61,476 nucleotides of DNA, filler included, from Dugesia japonica (GCA_001938525.1; 5 parts of 5 records of this genome joined end to end with filler, not necessarily neighbours in it), one strand, 5' to 3'; shown: positions 37,762-53,729, numbered from the whole stretch's first letter. Made by a program: numbers and translations. Notes: generated by a model not told the origin, from the letters alone.

Positions 37762-38590
37762 CTTCATTTGATTTTTTTTAACTTGTTCATTGTTGTCGAT
37801 TAAATTTATCCGGTTTCTGATTGTGATTAAATGATTACACACATACAAAATTCGATTAAAACACAATAAAATCAACAATTGGAATCATTTATTTTTAACA
37901 CTGAAATAAAATATCACCAGTTACAAATTAATTGATTTCGAACAATCTAGATTTATTTTATGTTATTGCGTTGTTGTGTCCTTGGCGTGTTTAATTTTTC
38001 ATACTTTTTACAAATCTATTATGATAATTTATTTGAATAAAAGATTTTGTTAAAAAAAATATTAATCAAGAAAACATTTAATTATTAATTTCATTATATT
38101 TCTGTTCAAGTTCGATCATCAAGCATTTATACTTGTCATCGATTTCTTTAATATCTTGTTCTTCTTTCTTGNNNNNNNNNNNNNNNNNNNNNNNNNNNNN
38201 NNNNNNNNNNNNNNNNNNNNNNNNNNNNNNNNNNNNNNNNNAAATAACAATTTAAAATCCAATAGATGCATATCACATGTTTGGTTATATATTTCTAATA
38301 TAATAATTTATTTGACGATAATTGAGAAAGTAGTCATTTAAAAAATTAACAGAAAATATTCCATATGTTGGTGGAAAAATCCACGGAGTGTTTTAATTTT
38401 ATTTTATTAATTCCACTTTATTAGAAGTTAGTTAATCTAGAATAGGAATGGCTTGAAATATAATATATTTTTATCCATAGAATTTACAATTTAAGGTAGG
38501 AATGATTAAGATAATAATGAAATAACCACAAAATGTAGAGGTAGCTAAAAATCTAGTAAAGTGCCTTAACACAAAAATTGACTAATAAAA

Positions 38591-38930
38591 TACAGGGTGC
38601 TCCAATAGGTAAACAGACGATAATTTTTGCAAATAAAATTTTAAACGTCTCGGAAGATATTATAATGCAAAATAATTTCGAATTTAATTTATTGAGGTTT
38701 TGTTTTGAAGGTCTTCAAAACTCACTACAAAAAATTAGAGATTTAGAATTTGAAGTTCTTCATCCAGTATACTTACCTGACATGCCTTTTTCGAAATTAC
38801 TTAAGTGGAAAAGAAAAAAATGGAATATCAAAACCGCACCGAACAATTTCTTTGCATGTGATGAGATAATCAATTTACTTTTAAGATGGGAAAAAGTCAT
38901 AGATAACAATGGAAATTACTTGGTTAAATT
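38591..38930 (+). mobile_element. Internally deleted mariner remnant
   Basis: TA|CAGGGTGCTCC terminus, then QKIRDLEFEVLHPVYLPDMP and LLLRWEKVIDNNGNY (mariner C-terminal motifs). Confidence 0.7.
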
Positions 38931-39479
38931 TGTTAATTTTTCTAAGTGTTGGGATTTTAGGCTTTGACGGTTTTATGAGGTTTCACAGCAAATGATTTAA
39001 TACGTACATAGCATTTTAAGGCTATTAGATATACTTGTTTTCCTGGAACCGATATAATTGAATACAAGCGATTGCAGATGGAGAAGTCATTACAAACGAT
39101 GAATATGAAAATTGAAAAATGATAAACCAGATAGACACAGACGATAAGTTAGAAAACAATCAATATCATATTATTGTTTAATAGTTATCTGTAAATTAGT
39201 GAATGATTTCGAACTCGGCACATCTTCTCAGGTTCTCTGTTATCAGTTGTACCCGAAAGAAACAGCGTATTTATCATTTATTATTTAACATTATTTAATT
39301 AACACGTAAAACACATTTAATCATCAATATATACACCATCATTGTTAATGATATCAGTCCATCTTTGTACCAGATTTTTAATACCTTTCTCAGTAAACGA
39401 TGGCTTTTTTTAAGGTGAAGCATTCCGAAAGAGCAATTCTGACAGCATTCAGATCACTAAATCGTTTACAGCTAAGAAA

Positions 39480-39579
39480 NNNNNNNNNNNNNNNNNNNNN
39501 NNNNNNNNNNNNNNNNNNNNNNNTTAATTAATTAANNNNNNNNNNNNNNNNNNNNNNNNNNNNNNNNNNNNNNNNNNNN
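39480..39579. other. Artificial contig linker
   Basis: N44-TTAATTAATTAA-N44. Confidence 0.97.
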
Positions 39580-41021
39580 AAAATTTGATAAATTTTGCTA
39601 AATGTTTAGATTATTATTTAAATCTGATATGTATTATTGAGCCTTTGTTTAGGACCTGCCAGATATGTAGCTATTTTAATACTTTGTTTTACAATCACNA
39701 ATTATTTATTTTATTATTCATGATTGCTACACAATTATGTACACGAATGATATGGAAAAAGTCAAAATAGCTGTATTCTCGAATGATAAAGAGACTATAA
39801 AAGTAAGACTCATGCCCGAATTATGGGTATGCATTGATGCGCGGAAGAGTACCATAGAATGGTGTAGAAGAGAGGCGAAATAATGTTTTCCACGAAAAGA
39901 TTTTGAGAGAGAGACCACATACCCGAAAAACGAACAACAAAAATTTATAAATTTCTTAATGTAAAAACAGTTATTTAATCTTCGATTGATTTTGGAAAAT
40001 AATACAATAAAAATTATTCTAGAAATTAAAATTTTTAATATATATATTTAAAATTTAAATTATATATATACATTATAAATCTAATAGAATTCATTTTTTT
40101 ATTTAATTAGTATATTTTTTAAAAATAATTCAACTCAAAATTTTCAGAAAGATACCAATCACCTAATTGAACGATTATAAGTTAAAGTAAGAAGTAAAAT
40201 TGATAAATTCTCATGAAGATAAAATTAAATGAATTGAAGAAATAAAGCTGATTTTTATCCGGATAATTTTTCCCCTTTGGGCTTAGCCTGTTTTTTGGTC
40301 TCATTCGTGCATGGCTTTAATAATATTCCTATAATTCATAAATAACTAAGATTATAAAACAGAATTTAATCTGAAACCTTTCTTCTACGACTGTTTCTAT
40401 AAACTATGGAGATTATTTTATTACAGATTCATATCTTTAATCAAACTCTTTGAAAGGCCTTTACTATATAAGGTAAAGTTGAGAGATTTATAGAGAATAC
40501 TTTTCCGATTGTTGCAAAATAATCATCCCATTAAACAATCCCAATCAAACTGTTAAATGAATAAGTGAAGCAAGAAATTTAATTTCATCCAGAAACTATA
40601 AGAACTCAAACCTTAGTCGAAACTCTCCTATTCGATATTTAGTTTTTTTCCATTGGGCGTCAGACTCGAGAGGTTCGACTGGATAGTTTTCCATGACAAA
40701 CGTTATTTTTTCAAAAATAATCTGTTATTATCATCACAAAAACCAACAACTGATTATAACATGTCATTTGTAGTTCACATGTCAAAAACGAGGAGGTTTT
40801 AATCATTCTAATCTAGAAAAATTCGAATGGTTGGTCTATTCAGATAAAATATATTGTGCCCAAAATATTGTTCATTAATTTCATACAGTATATCTACAGA
40901 ATATCTCAAACAAGTAGCACTTCAAAACCTGATTAAACAACCTTAACATACTTTCTAAACATTTTGGTAAGGATGGAGATCTGACAAAACACAGCAATGC
41001 AACTTATTATAAAAAAAAGAT

Positions 41022-44000
41022 ATCCCCCTTCTTAAGAAATTTCCTAAGTTTTTCCACATTTCTTTCTAATTGCTATCCATTTTCTCCTTGTACCGCATAC
41101 TGCCTTTCATGAATTTTCTCAATTATTCGATAATGTATTTCAAATCTGTCTTGACTTTTATTTCTAGTTCCTACTTTGATGGGTAGTAATCGCCCGCTTT
41201 AAATTCTCTTTTAGTAATCACGCCTGAAATGTTTTCGTTAGTTCTATCTGAAACATCTGACTCATCCCACTTTTCTATGCTAATTTTCTTTGAAAAAACG
41301 ATCTCAACCGGACTCTTTCCTGTCGTCTTCTGTTTTGTTGCGTTCATTGTAAATTCTTTTTCCTGTAAAAGATTTGCTCAATCTGTTATCTTTCTTTCCT
41401 GAAGTACTGCATTAATTAAATCTTGAATTGTTCTGAACTGTATCTCAATTTGCCCATTTGCATTATGATGATAGTGACTCGATAAGCAAAGTTTAATATC
41501 TAGCTTCTGTGCAAACTCTCTCATAACTCTGGATTCAAAGCTTTTCCATAATCTAATCTTATCTCTCTTAGACATCCAAATTTCAGTATCCACTTTTCAA
41601 AAATAGCTTTTGTATTGTTTCCTCGTCTTGTCTAGGCAATGGTATAAGAACCAGATTTTATACTGCACTGGTCGATTATTCCAAGAATTTATTTTTTTCG
41701 TCCACTTGTTTCACGCATTGGTTCACATATATCTGTGAATATCCCTTCAAACAAATTGGTAGTTTCTAATCTCTTTATCTTCTCTTTATTTGCTGTTGTC
41801 ACTACTTTGGTCTTCTGACAAATTTCACAACTACGAACAATTTCTGTATTTGGCTCCACAAATGATTTGCAATATATTTTTTTCTCAAATATTCGTACAC
41901 CTTCTCAACTCCTGCATGACATAATAATTTGTGTATTTCTTCTATTGTTTCATTTAGTTTGTCATCCGGAATTTCATTTTTTTTGATCAAATCTGTTTCC
42001 TCAGAAATGTTTAAATGATCTTCTTTTTCCATTTCAATTATGTTCAATATTCTCGTTTTAATCTTCCCTTTCTTAGTTGCTTGGTCCGCTATACAACTGC
42101 TCTAATATCTTTGACTTTCTTGCGTAGTTTTCTATAAACGTCCTGTAATGATTACAAATTCCCAAGAAACTTCGTAACTTCTTCACACAGTTAGGTTTTC
42201 CAAATGTTCATCTAGCTTCTATTTTAAACAGATCAGTTCTAACACCATCCCTGCTAATTATGAGTCCAAGAAACTTGATTTCACTTTGAAGAAACTCATT
42301 TTTTCCCGCATTGATTCTTAGACCAGCCTTCATTATTTCCGTCAATACTCTTTCAATTACTTCATAGTGTTGATCTTTATTGTTAGTAAATATCAGAATA
42401 TCATCAAGATAAACCATTGCTCCATTGATTCCGCCTACCACTTTTGTCATCGTCTCTTGATGCCAAATGCCATTCTATTAAAACAATATTGTCCGTGCTT
42501 CGTTGAAAACGCCGCTTTTCTTCAGATTGTTCTTCGAGATCTACCTGGTAGTATTCATTTTCCAAATCTATTGAACTGAAATATTTGGCTCTATCTAATT
42601 TGTCCAGCATTTCATCTACATTAGTCATGGGAAAGGCTTGCCTTTTCGTTACTGCATTCAAATGTCTGAAATCCAAACATATTCTTATGTCTTTCTTTTC
42701 TTTTTTCCAAACACATATCAGTGGGGTTTTCCATGGAGAGTTGCATTTCNGGATAATATTATTCTTGTAAAGGTTTTGGATAGCTTCTTCAACTTTAGAC
42801 TTTAAGTTCATTGGTTGTCTATACAGTTTTACATTGATTGGTTCACCACTCGTAATTATTTTGTGTCTTGTCAAATGTGTGGGTCCTACATCCAATTTAT
42901 TTGCCATCAAAGCATCTTCTTTACTTTCAATTATTTTCAATAACCGATGATTCTCTTTGATCTTCAAAATAATTAAGGCTTAATACGCCAAATTTTCCGT
43001 TTTTAAGAACCTGTATACTTTTTCTGCAACTTATCAATCGCTCTCTTTTTTTAATTTGTCTTCCAAATTTCGCTTCAATATTGCATCCGTTTTGCTATCG
43101 ATCTTTCACATAAGCTGGTATCCAAAAATCATTATTTATATAAAAATCATTATTTATTTCTGCATATCTATTCCTCCTATCAGATCTGGTGTTACTCTTT
43201 CAGCAACTAAGAAAGTAATCTCTTTACAAACGTCATCAATTATCACTTCGGTTCTAACTTTCCTAACAATTTCAAGTGTACTATTATTTGNACAACGCAA
43301 TCTTTCATCACTTATTTCTAAATTTACTTCTCGTAATTTATTAAAACAACTCAAACTCATCACGTTAATTCTAGCCCCCTGTATCTAATAGACATTCAAC
43401 TTTATTTCCTTGAATTGATACCGTAACACTTGGTCTGCCTTTTTATGGTACGAAATATTTGTTTTCTTTTCTGCTTCAATTGTTCCATTCCATTCTACTT
43501 TTCTCTCATCCGCAAAATTTTTCCTCTTTAAGAACCTTTATACGTTTTCTGTAACTTTTCCTATTTCATCTCACTTTTCGACTCACTTCATTTAACAATG
43601 GATGGCTCCAACCAACTCCTCTACTAATAGAACCCTGTATTTTGGGTACTGCCTTTCGAAATCATTTTCATATATTTCCTCATATCCATCGTTTGTACTG
43701 ATATAATCATCTTCAATCGCATGTGTTTGATTATATCGAGTTATTAATCTTTCTGCAGTCATACATTTCTCGCTTGTTCTTTTCGCTTTCAAATTTGTTC
43801 AGCACTCTTCTGCTCTATGTCCACCATTACTGCATCGTTTACACCTCACTTCTTGACATAACCTTCTAATATGGCCAACGTTTCCACAACCAAAACATTT
43901 TGTTGATTTTTTGTTTGGACAATCTCGACTTATATCTCCTGTTTTATGAAAACTCCAGCACTCTACTACTTTTTTTGTCGGACAATTTGCTTTAGTATGA

Positions 44001-44835
44001 CCGATCTTATCACATGACCAACATTCGATATTTTGTTTTTCCTTTCTTTACTCCACATGTCTATTCACAGTATGATTTACTGGTTTCTGATAATTTCGAT
44101 TTGTAACTCTCGCGTAACTTCTAACTGCATCAACTCGATCTCTGTTTTTCTCTACTCGATCTACTAACGTCATTGTTTCTTCAATTTCTTCTATATTCTC
44201 TCGTTTCCGCAAAGTCAGTTCTTCTGCAACTTTTTTGTTATTTGAACAATATACTAGCATCTTTGTTACCATTTTTTCTTTAGTAAAATCTTTATTTGTA
44301 AATAATCCTTTTACTAAATCTTTTACATTTTTAAAATAAACTTGAATCTCTTCATTTCCACGCCTGTAGTTAATCAAATTTTGAAAATTTTTGAAAACCT
44401 CTTTCTCTTTCTCAAATGCCATACGTAAACGGGCCTGAAAACCTTCAACCTTTTTGCCTTTTGTTCCAACAAATCTTCATCTAAAAACACGAGATAAATC
44501 TCTCCTGTTGTTTCACATGGGTGATGATTTTAGCTTCAAAATACAATTAGCACCGCTTGATGAATTTCTCAATATCATCTCCTCTGCAGAACACATTCGG
44601 CAATAACCTCTCTGTAATAGAATCTGTATTTACTGTTGCCACCAAGTTAGGTAAATCTTCAATTGGTAATTCATTTTGTAAATCACTACTAATATTTTGA
44701 GGCATCATTTATTTTACTACTACAAACCATGTTTCATAATATAAATAATAGCCAAATACAAGNATTTTAATATTAATATTTATATAACTCAATTTCTATT
44801 GGGTGAAATTATTAATTAATAATTATTTCCTCATA
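41022..44835 (-). mobile_element. Ty3/Gypsy copy: 5' LTR (44730-44835), gag, PR, RT, IN, PPT; RNase H deleted, 3' LTR absent
   Basis: gag with CCHC knuckles, LLDTGA, YLDDIL, HKLLCHAG, NGQIE and PPT AAGAAGGGGGA. At about 42075 the RT thumb joins directly to pre-integrase sequence. Confidence 0.9.
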
Positions 44836-46989
44836 ATATTTAAACAATAAAATTTTATTTTCAAAAATTCTGCCAATAACAATATTAGAACAATCATTTT
44901 TTTTGAAAAATAATTTATAATAATAAATAATAAAAAAAAAAAAATAAATAATTCATTGAAAAATTCACATTTACATTCTATCTTTACCTACTCATCGCAA
45001 GTTTAATAAACTGATTTATTAATGAAAAATTTAATTTATATTAATAATTTATACTATCAACGATATTATTAAATTAATGAGATTTATTTAAACATTTAAA
45101 TTGTTGATGTTAACAAATTGATTTATTAAAGGTAATTTTTCTGTCTATCTTAAATGTTTATTTTAATTTTCACAATTTTATTAAATATTAGAACGGAAAA
45201 GTGATCAAAAATTCTACTAGATTTTAAATCAGCTATTATAATAAATTAGAAAATTTTAAACTGTTCGCATAAAATTTCCAAAACATTTAATTAAACTCAA
45301 ATTTTCAATATTCCTGCTTTTATCTGAGCGAAACTAGAAATTTCTTTGATGTATAATATATTTAACCAAGCAACATAGCCGCATTTAAAATTGGCAAGGC
45401 TTCTCTAAAAGAAATCTAGGTATAAAATTTTTAAAAAACAATTTTAGATTTTTTACTAAAAAAATTCATTAAGATTTAAAAGATTATTATGATTAAATCC
45501 GATCCTAAATACGACAAAATAATTGTTTATTTTTATTATTTATATTAGTTTGTTTAAACAATATCAAAAGTCTCCATAAATATTTATTTAATCACAAATT
45601 AATTTTGGTTTTTGTAGAAAGTTAAAAAAGATGAATATTCAGAATATTCAAACAAATTAAGTCTCATTAATATTTTATTTTAAAAGAATGTTTTTTAAAA
45701 AATAACCCATACCTCATAGATATTCAAATATTTATCCATACATAAATACATTTTCATACACATATTTAAAAAATATTTAATTTAATATCTATAATGTTCC
45801 ATAATATATTTTACAAAAAATATATTTTTATATATACTCAATAATTTTAATTTTCAATTATAATTTTAATTAAAATTTTCAAAATTGACATTTTGCAAAT
45901 GTAAACATGATATGTGATCTAAATAATATAAAAAATAATATAATATATCAATAGGATAAATGGTTGAAGATGGGAGAAATAAAAAAATATCTAGGATATA
46001 AAACAAAAATTTATATAGAAAAAAGTGATCTAGATGATATCTTAGTAGAAAAACTAAACGAAGTATATAAAAATATTAAAAAATAGTGATAAAAGTAAGA
46101 GTATATGAATAAGATAATACTTAAGAATGTAATATTGTAAACATGACACAAAAAATAACATCATAAGAAGGATATAAATATATTAATACAACAAATATGA
46201 GAATATAAGTCAAAAACCAAACGAAGTAAGTATAAATTCTGGTGTTAATGTTTAAAGACCGTTGATAACTAAAAACGTAAAAATTTAAAATAAGCAACGA
46301 AGTAAGAATATTAACAAACTGTTTTATAATATAAAGTAGAATAATATTTTCAAATTTAATGATTATGAATTTATATAGTCATCTTTTAACATCATGATAA
46401 GGCACTAAAATCAATTTGACCGATACCAAAGATGTATTCAATAAATCAACAATTAAATATCTTCCATTTCTTATTTTCAAATTCCGAATTATAAAACCAA
46501 ATTACAAAATAATGAATAAGAAATTCACAATTAATAAGTATAATTTTACATCTGTTCTATTAATGATTTCCGAAAATTCAGTTACAAAATAATTACTAAA
46601 CTTTTACAGGAAATAAACTTACAAAAATTATTACCAGAAGAATTCAGTATTCTATAAATACTCACGTGAATTCACAGGTAGCAATTTTCTAAACAATTCT
46701 TTATTGTCAATAAAAATTTCATATTATTAATGTTTACTTTTTAAAAGTTCTCAATATTTAAATGTTTTTTTAATTGCCATATTTTAATATTAATACTATC
46801 ATTTTTAAGTTTTTCATAAAAAAATTCTTTGTATGATTGATAATGATGTGTATGATATTGAATTGCTTGAAAATAATTTGTGTGATGATGTTATACTTGA
46901 TATAATTGTTGATAATAAAAATAATTATAGTAGTAATGATAATTATAACGATAATAATAATTTATCAATTATTAATAATTTTGATAAAG

Positions 46990-49900
46990 AAATTTATGAA
47001 AATTATAATACCGTAGATAGTCGACCTATGAGAAATTTAAAAATGAATAATATTGTTACATCATGTTTACTTGATACTGGAGCTAAAATTAGTGTTATTA
47101 AATGAGTTATTAAAATGAATAGGAAATGTTTCAATAATTGATTCTGATATAAATGTCAAATGTGCGAATAATAGTTCTTTAAAAATTGTANNNNNNNNNN
47201 NNNNNNATGTAAAGCTTAATGAAAAAATGGAGAATATTTGTTTTTATGTTGCTAAAGAAATCTCACCACCTGTTATTTGTGTAATAAATCTAGTGAATAA
47301 ATTTAATATAAAACTCACCACTAATGAATAATCTGTTATTGTAATTAAATTTAAACCCAAAACATTAGAAATTGAAAATATTAAAGATAAAATGATATTG
47401 ACGATTTTAGAAAAATANNNNNNNNNNNNNNTGAAACATAAATGGGATATTGGAAAAACTAATACTGTAAAACATGAAATAATAACAAATAGTAAACCAA
47501 TTGCAATTAATCCTAGGCGTCAACCTTATCATTTAATAGATAACACTGAGTAAAATATTAAACAAATGGAAATAAATGGAATTATAAGTAAATATGACTC
47601 CCCTTGGAATGCTCCTTTGTTTGCGTAAAAAAACGAGACAAAAATGACAATGACTTTGCTTAGATTATCGATTGTTAAATGAAGTTACAGAAAGACAAAT
47701 TTTTCCTATTCCAAACTCTGAGTAAATGATGGATATTTTGTATGAAGACAAATATTTTACTAGTATAGATTTGGGTAATGCTTAATATCAAGTAAAATTA
47801 ACAGAGGACTCAGGATGTAAAACTACATTTTCGACAAAAGGGACAGAATATTATTTTAATAGAATGCCCTTTGGAATCGCAGCTGCTCCTGCTACTTTTC
47901 AGAAATTGATGACTAAGGTTTTAGGTTCATTAAATTTGAAGGAAACAGTGGTTTACTTAGATGATATTTTAATTTTTTCCAAAACTTTTAAAGAACACTA
48001 TAAGAGAATTGACAATGTTATGAAACGTATAAAAGAAGCTGGTTTAAAAATAAGTCCATCTAAATGTCATTTCATGAAAAACGAGATAAAATGTCTGGGT
48101 CATATTATTAATTCAAAAGACATCCATATTGATAGTGCAAAAATTGAAACAATTTTTAATTTTGAAACCCCAAAATGTGTTAAAAAGTTGAGAAGTTTTT
48201 AGGGCTCTCAAATTTTTATAGGGAATTTATAAAGGATTACACAAAGTATTCAAAATTTTTAGAAAATCTATGTGGTAGTAACCAGAAAAAATACACTGGA
48301 CAGATGAGTGCGAAATTTCTTTTAAAAATTTGAAAGCTGAACTAATGAAAACTCCAGTTTTAGCGTTTCCGAATTTTTATAAAGAATTTATATTGNNNNN
48401 NNNNNNNNNNNNNNNNNNNNNNNNNNNNNNNNNNNNNNNNNNNNNNNNNNATGGTGAAGAAAAAGTTATTGCTTACGTGTCTAAAGCCATGAGTAAACAT
48501 AATCTGGCCTATTGCATTACCAGAAAAGAACTTTTGGCGATTGTTTATTTCACAGAACATTTTAAACATTATTTGTATGGACNNNNNNNNNNNNNNNNNN
48601 NNNNNNNNNNNNNNNNNNNNNNNNNNNNNNNNNNNNNNNNNNNNNNNNNNNNNNNNNNNNNNNNNNNCTTAGCAGTTTGGATATTAAAATGGAATACAGA
48701 AAAGGTGAAGAACATCTGAATGCAGATGCTCTCACAAGAACGTATTGTGAAACGTGTGTCCAATGCCAGACTATACATAAAGAACCGAAATCTGAAAAAT
48801 TAAAAACTAAAATATTGGCACTAATGTTACAAAATGATGGTTGTAATTGGCAAGAAGGGTGTAAAGAAATCGATGTTATTAAAGAGAACTTAAGCTTTGA
48901 AAGAAATGATAAATTAAAATTGATTGAAAATATTGTTTATACTATTCACAATAAATTTGGATCCCAAAAGAAATAAGAATCAAATTCATTGATTATAATC
49001 ATCAATTATTATGCCATGCTGGATCGAAACAAGTTCTCGAATATATTTCGAGACAATTTGATACGGAAAATAAAACTGGTATAATATATAAAACTGTACA
49101 AAGCTGTAAAAAATGTCAAAAAAGAAAAACTGTAACTTCAAAAACAAAAAAAGACATAATTAAAACATTACCTACAGATATATTTGAAATTATACATATT
49201 GATTTCTGTGGATCGTTTAAAACCGCTAGAAATATTAAAAAATATATATTAGCTATTATAGATCAATTTAGCAAGTATATTTCATTANNNNNNNNNNNNN
49301 NNNNNNNNNNNNNNNNNNNNNNNNNNNNNNNNNNNNNNNNNNNNNNNNNNNNNNNNNNNNNNNNNNNNNNNNNNNNNNNNNNNNNNNNNNNNNNNAATCG
49401 AATTTGATTAGAGAATTAACAGAAAGAATACGAGGATCAAGAACAAATAAAGAAATGAAAGACAGTATTTCAAAAACGGACAGTATCAAGAAGGAGCTTA
49501 ATCTAGAAGTCAATGTTGCAGAGTTAAAGTTCTCAAGTCCGTATCCTAATTCTAGTAATGGACAAATCGAAAGACAATTTCGAAATATAAGAGATGCAAT
49601 CCATACAACATTACAAAATAAAACGAATAAAGATTGGTAAGATATACTCCCAGAAGTAGAATTTATGATAAATTCTACATATCAAAGTACATGAAAATTG
49701 AGCCCAGCGGAAATTGTTTTTGGAAAGAAAATTTCACAAGAATGGAATATTCATAACAATGTAGAAGAGAAACATGGAAATATAATAAAAAATCTGATTG
49801 ATCAAGATGAAAATAGTCAAAGCAAGTATGGAATTACGAAAAGTCATTTTAAAATTGTAGATAAGGTTTTGATAAGCTAATAAAGATAAATACAGGTACA

Positions 49901-50373
49901 AAGGCCCATGAATAATAATTAAAAAGACACATGATAGGAGTTATCACATAAAATTTAAAAATGGTAAAATAGTTATAAGAAATGTAGAGTGGTTAAGAGC
50001 TTTTAAAGAGAGGGGGATGTGAGAATATTTTATATTTATTATAAATGATTATACAAACTGTATGTTGCATAATTAATATTTGACAATGAGTTCACATATT
50101 TTGTATGTTGCATAACAGGCCAATGTTTGTTTGCTGATTGAGGTATGTTGATTGCTCAAATCATAATTACATATATATTTATTCCTCCTTTTTAGATTGT
50201 CATATTAATAAATATTATNNNNNNNAAACAGACTTCTAACAAATTTGATTTCTCTTTCTTTTCTCTTACAATATTCCATAAAATAATAGATAAGAGTGAC
50301 AAACATTTAGAGGGATATTTCTGTGAGAATGAACTGCAATGAAGCAAGTTATTAAGTATAAAAAATATCTTCA
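46990..50373 (+). mobile_element. Ty3/Gypsy decayed pol of a third family, with PPT and start of 3' LTR at 50018
   Basis: LLDTGA, MPFGIAAAPATFQ..YLDDIL, ITRKELLA, NGQIER; AAAGAGAGGGGGA|TGTGAG. The LTR end is only a guess. Confidence 0.88.
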
Positions 50374-51651
50374 TTATTACGATTAAGAAAAATGTAACTA
50401 TACGTATCTATTCCGTGATTTCACCTTAGGTCGATAATTCTGAAAGCAAATTTAGAAATTGCTACAATGAGCATGAAACTCAATGGCGCGTATTTTATCC
50501 TTGTCTAACAGATTATTTGTCACTAATCGTCATAATCATATCTTTCATATCCTTTACCAAACCATTCAGACTGCTAATCCAGACTGATTCATTCCCCACA
50601 AAGCAAGCTCTCCTCTACAAAACTTAGAATTGACATACAAATAAAGGTTAAAGCGATTATTTAATTTCATCTAATTTATGTCAAGACTGCACATGACATC
50701 CATTCCACATTGGAAAAAGTTCACACAACCAACCTTGAGAAATTTTAAGATCTTTGTATTGAGTTANNNNNNNNNNNNNNNNNNNNNNNNNNNNNNNNNN
50801 NNNNNNNNNNNNNNNGATGTCTGAGCAGTTGGTAGACCAAGAACGTTTGTATTTTCATAAAGCTCCCCAAAAAGAGTTAGATAGCTATCAAATTCAAATG
50901 CATAGAATCCAATATCTGGCGCTCGCACACCACTTTCAGTGCTGTAGATTGTCATGTTAGTTACTCTAAGCTAATTGAGATTAACCTAGCTCTTCTTATG
51001 GAAATCAATAATAACTTAAATCCTCTCCATCCAATCAATTAAGAAGAAGCAGTCATTTTAGGATGAGATAAAATGATTAGAAACTCTGTAAATGAATCAA
51101 TTTAATATATGATAGTCCATCGATTTGACTGCATATTTCAATCTCTGTAATCAATTTATGTATTTTTTTGCATCGTTTCTTAGGGATCAACAGCGCCGTA
51201 GTCTGATATTCATGTTGTGTGTTTCTATACCTATATTTTGAATGGAATAAAATTTTGGTATGTTTTTGAAAATTATTAGAGAATAAATAGTGATGTACTA
51301 TATCGTTATCGCTTTTATTGACCTTAAAGAATATAAAACAATTACTGTTATCTGTTGTATTGTTTTTATCCAAATCAAAATCTGTTTGTAAAATGCATAT
51401 CGCAATACAGTTTTTATATCTGTCGTATGTAAAATAACTTCTTTTCTATCTCTTGAGTCTTCTCATTAACTACATAATCAAAAATATTAAGATTTTTCTT
51501 AGTTGTTGGTAAATAATATCTTATATCTTCCGATTTTCTTTACTTAAAAGAATATTAACCTTTTCAATTTTATATATAAGATAATAAACAAGTTAACTAT
51601 TTCAGAAAATGTATCACATCTTTAAGGCACCAAATATTATTTTTCACAAAT

Positions 51652-51751
51652 NNNNNNNNNNNNNNNNNNNNNNNNNNNNNNNNNNNNNNNNNNNNTTAAT
51701 TAATTAANNNNNNNNNNNNNNNNNNNNNNNNNNNNNNNNNNNNNNNNNNNN
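51652..51751. other. Artificial contig linker
   Basis: N44-TTAATTAATTAA-N44. Confidence 0.97.
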
Positions 51752-52730
51752 CCATTCGCCATTTATTAATTAGAATCTAGACAATTTGAAAATCATTGGC
51801 TTTTCCTCAGAATATGTCGGGATTTGAAACCGGAGTAGATAGATAGTAGCGGTCTAGAACAGCCCACATACAGTACCTTTCCCCCCTCCCGAGGATGTAA
51901 CGAATGATTATTCAATAGGTTTATTTAGTTTATGTGTTGCATAATTAAGAGTACCTATGTATCCTTTTCCAGAAAATATACATCTTTCATCATCTGTCCA
52001 CGGTTTTAATTGCTCTCCCTCATTCTACTCGTCTGCTCCGCTGCTTGTACATCCAGATTCTGTGTTCCTTCTTTTCTTTAATCACCAAATAATCAGTTTT
52101 ATTGTTAATAAAATCAATATATAGTTGTATGTTTTCATCTTTTAATATACTCAACGGTTTTAGGATAATCAATGGTTTTCGGAGTATTCTTTAGCTTTTG
52201 GATACTCAATGGTTTTCAAAGTATTCCATAGCTTTTTTTAGAGTTTTCTATGGTTTTATGAGTTTTAAATGGTTACATTTCATACATTGTTGTCATTAAA
52301 TATGATAGGTTTAACTGATTTATTAGGAGTTTTATAAGTAAAATGACAAATGAGTACAACCTTGATTAACTCATACAACAATTCCATTATTTATTTACCC
52401 AATATACACATTCTTCATACAGAAAACTTTCATAATTATACAGTACTTTTTTCAAAGTATAATCGAATTTCATATAAATAGACTGATTTTCATTAAAACA
52501 TACTGGTTTTCATTAATTCATAACAAATCACTTAAGCCAAGCAGTAATACACTAGATTCAATACATCATAGACTTATGACTTATACCAATAAAACATGCA
52601 TTAAGTACAATAAATTATACTAATTTTATCTAGTCTTTTAAAAATCTCATTAATTTCTTACAAATGTCAATAAATATACATTAATGAATATGTACACGTT
52701 ATACAAATATAGACCACAAGTATAGATTAA

Positions 52731-52772
52731 ATTATTATTATTACTATTAAGACCTATTATTATTATTATTAA

Positions 52773-52814
<42 letters not shown>

Positions 52815-52871
52815 GACTAAACCCATATAAGTAATATAAGTTCAGGTGTATATATATATATATATATATAT
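52731..52871. repeat. (TTA)n and (TA)n microsatellites
   Basis: Visible directly in the sequence. Confidence 0.95.
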
Positions 52872-53729
52872 GAATTTGATTAAGTTATGAAAGTTTAACA
52901 TGATTGGTTGAATCTTTATATAAATGGCTTTAATTTGAATACTCATCTCATTAAAATGAAAACCATCCTATTGAATCTTTATAACATGAAGATTGAAAAT
53001 ATCGAGGTGAAGAAAGAACAGTGGCCATCATATTGTGAAGATTCAGAAAAGGACTGGACATACAGAGAACAAGAGGATACAAATAGAAAATTATCATAAA
53101 GATCATGGTACATTTTCATTAATAAATATTTTAAATGCAATTTTTGTCTTTTTTATTAAGTTTTTCTGTTTCTTATTAATTGCTCTGTGTTATTGTTAAG
53201 TATTTTTATTTTAAAAATTAATATTTCAATAGGTTATACACAAATGCTTTAGATAAACAGTAATTTTATCAAGTGTATTACTACCTTTATTGAATTAAGC
53301 ATTAATTTTAATAGGATATATACTCGTTTTATGCAAATTTTAATAAGTCTACTTAAATGTATGTTCTAATATCTTATTGATACAAAAGTTTCATACCAAT
53401 AGAACCTAATTTTCTATACAATTAACCATGATAAATTTAATTTATTTAATAACTATTCTATCCAAGTTCATTAAACATTATAAAATTAAATACAATCAAT
53501 AAACNNNNNNNNNNNNNNNNNNNNNNNNNNNNNNNNNNNNNNNNNNNNNNNNNNNNNNNNNNNNNNNNNNNNNNNNNNNNNNNNNNNNNNNNNNNNNNNN
53601 NNNNNNNNNNNNNNNNNNNNNNNNNNNNNNNNNNNNNNNNNNNNNNNNNNNNNNNNNNNNNNNNNNNNNNTGAAGAGATGCACGCAGAAATGCAGGCAGA
53701 TGGTGATGATGAAAGATAAATGATTATAT

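Noticed and set aside
40240-40620. Possible IS481/integrase remnant (GKVERF at about 40471)
   Set aside because: Only a six-residue motif; surrounding frames are full of stops and no DDE spacing can be shown.
50764-51373. ORFs 50764-50955 and 51077-51373
   Set aside because: Short, with no motifs and no splice support; unassignable.
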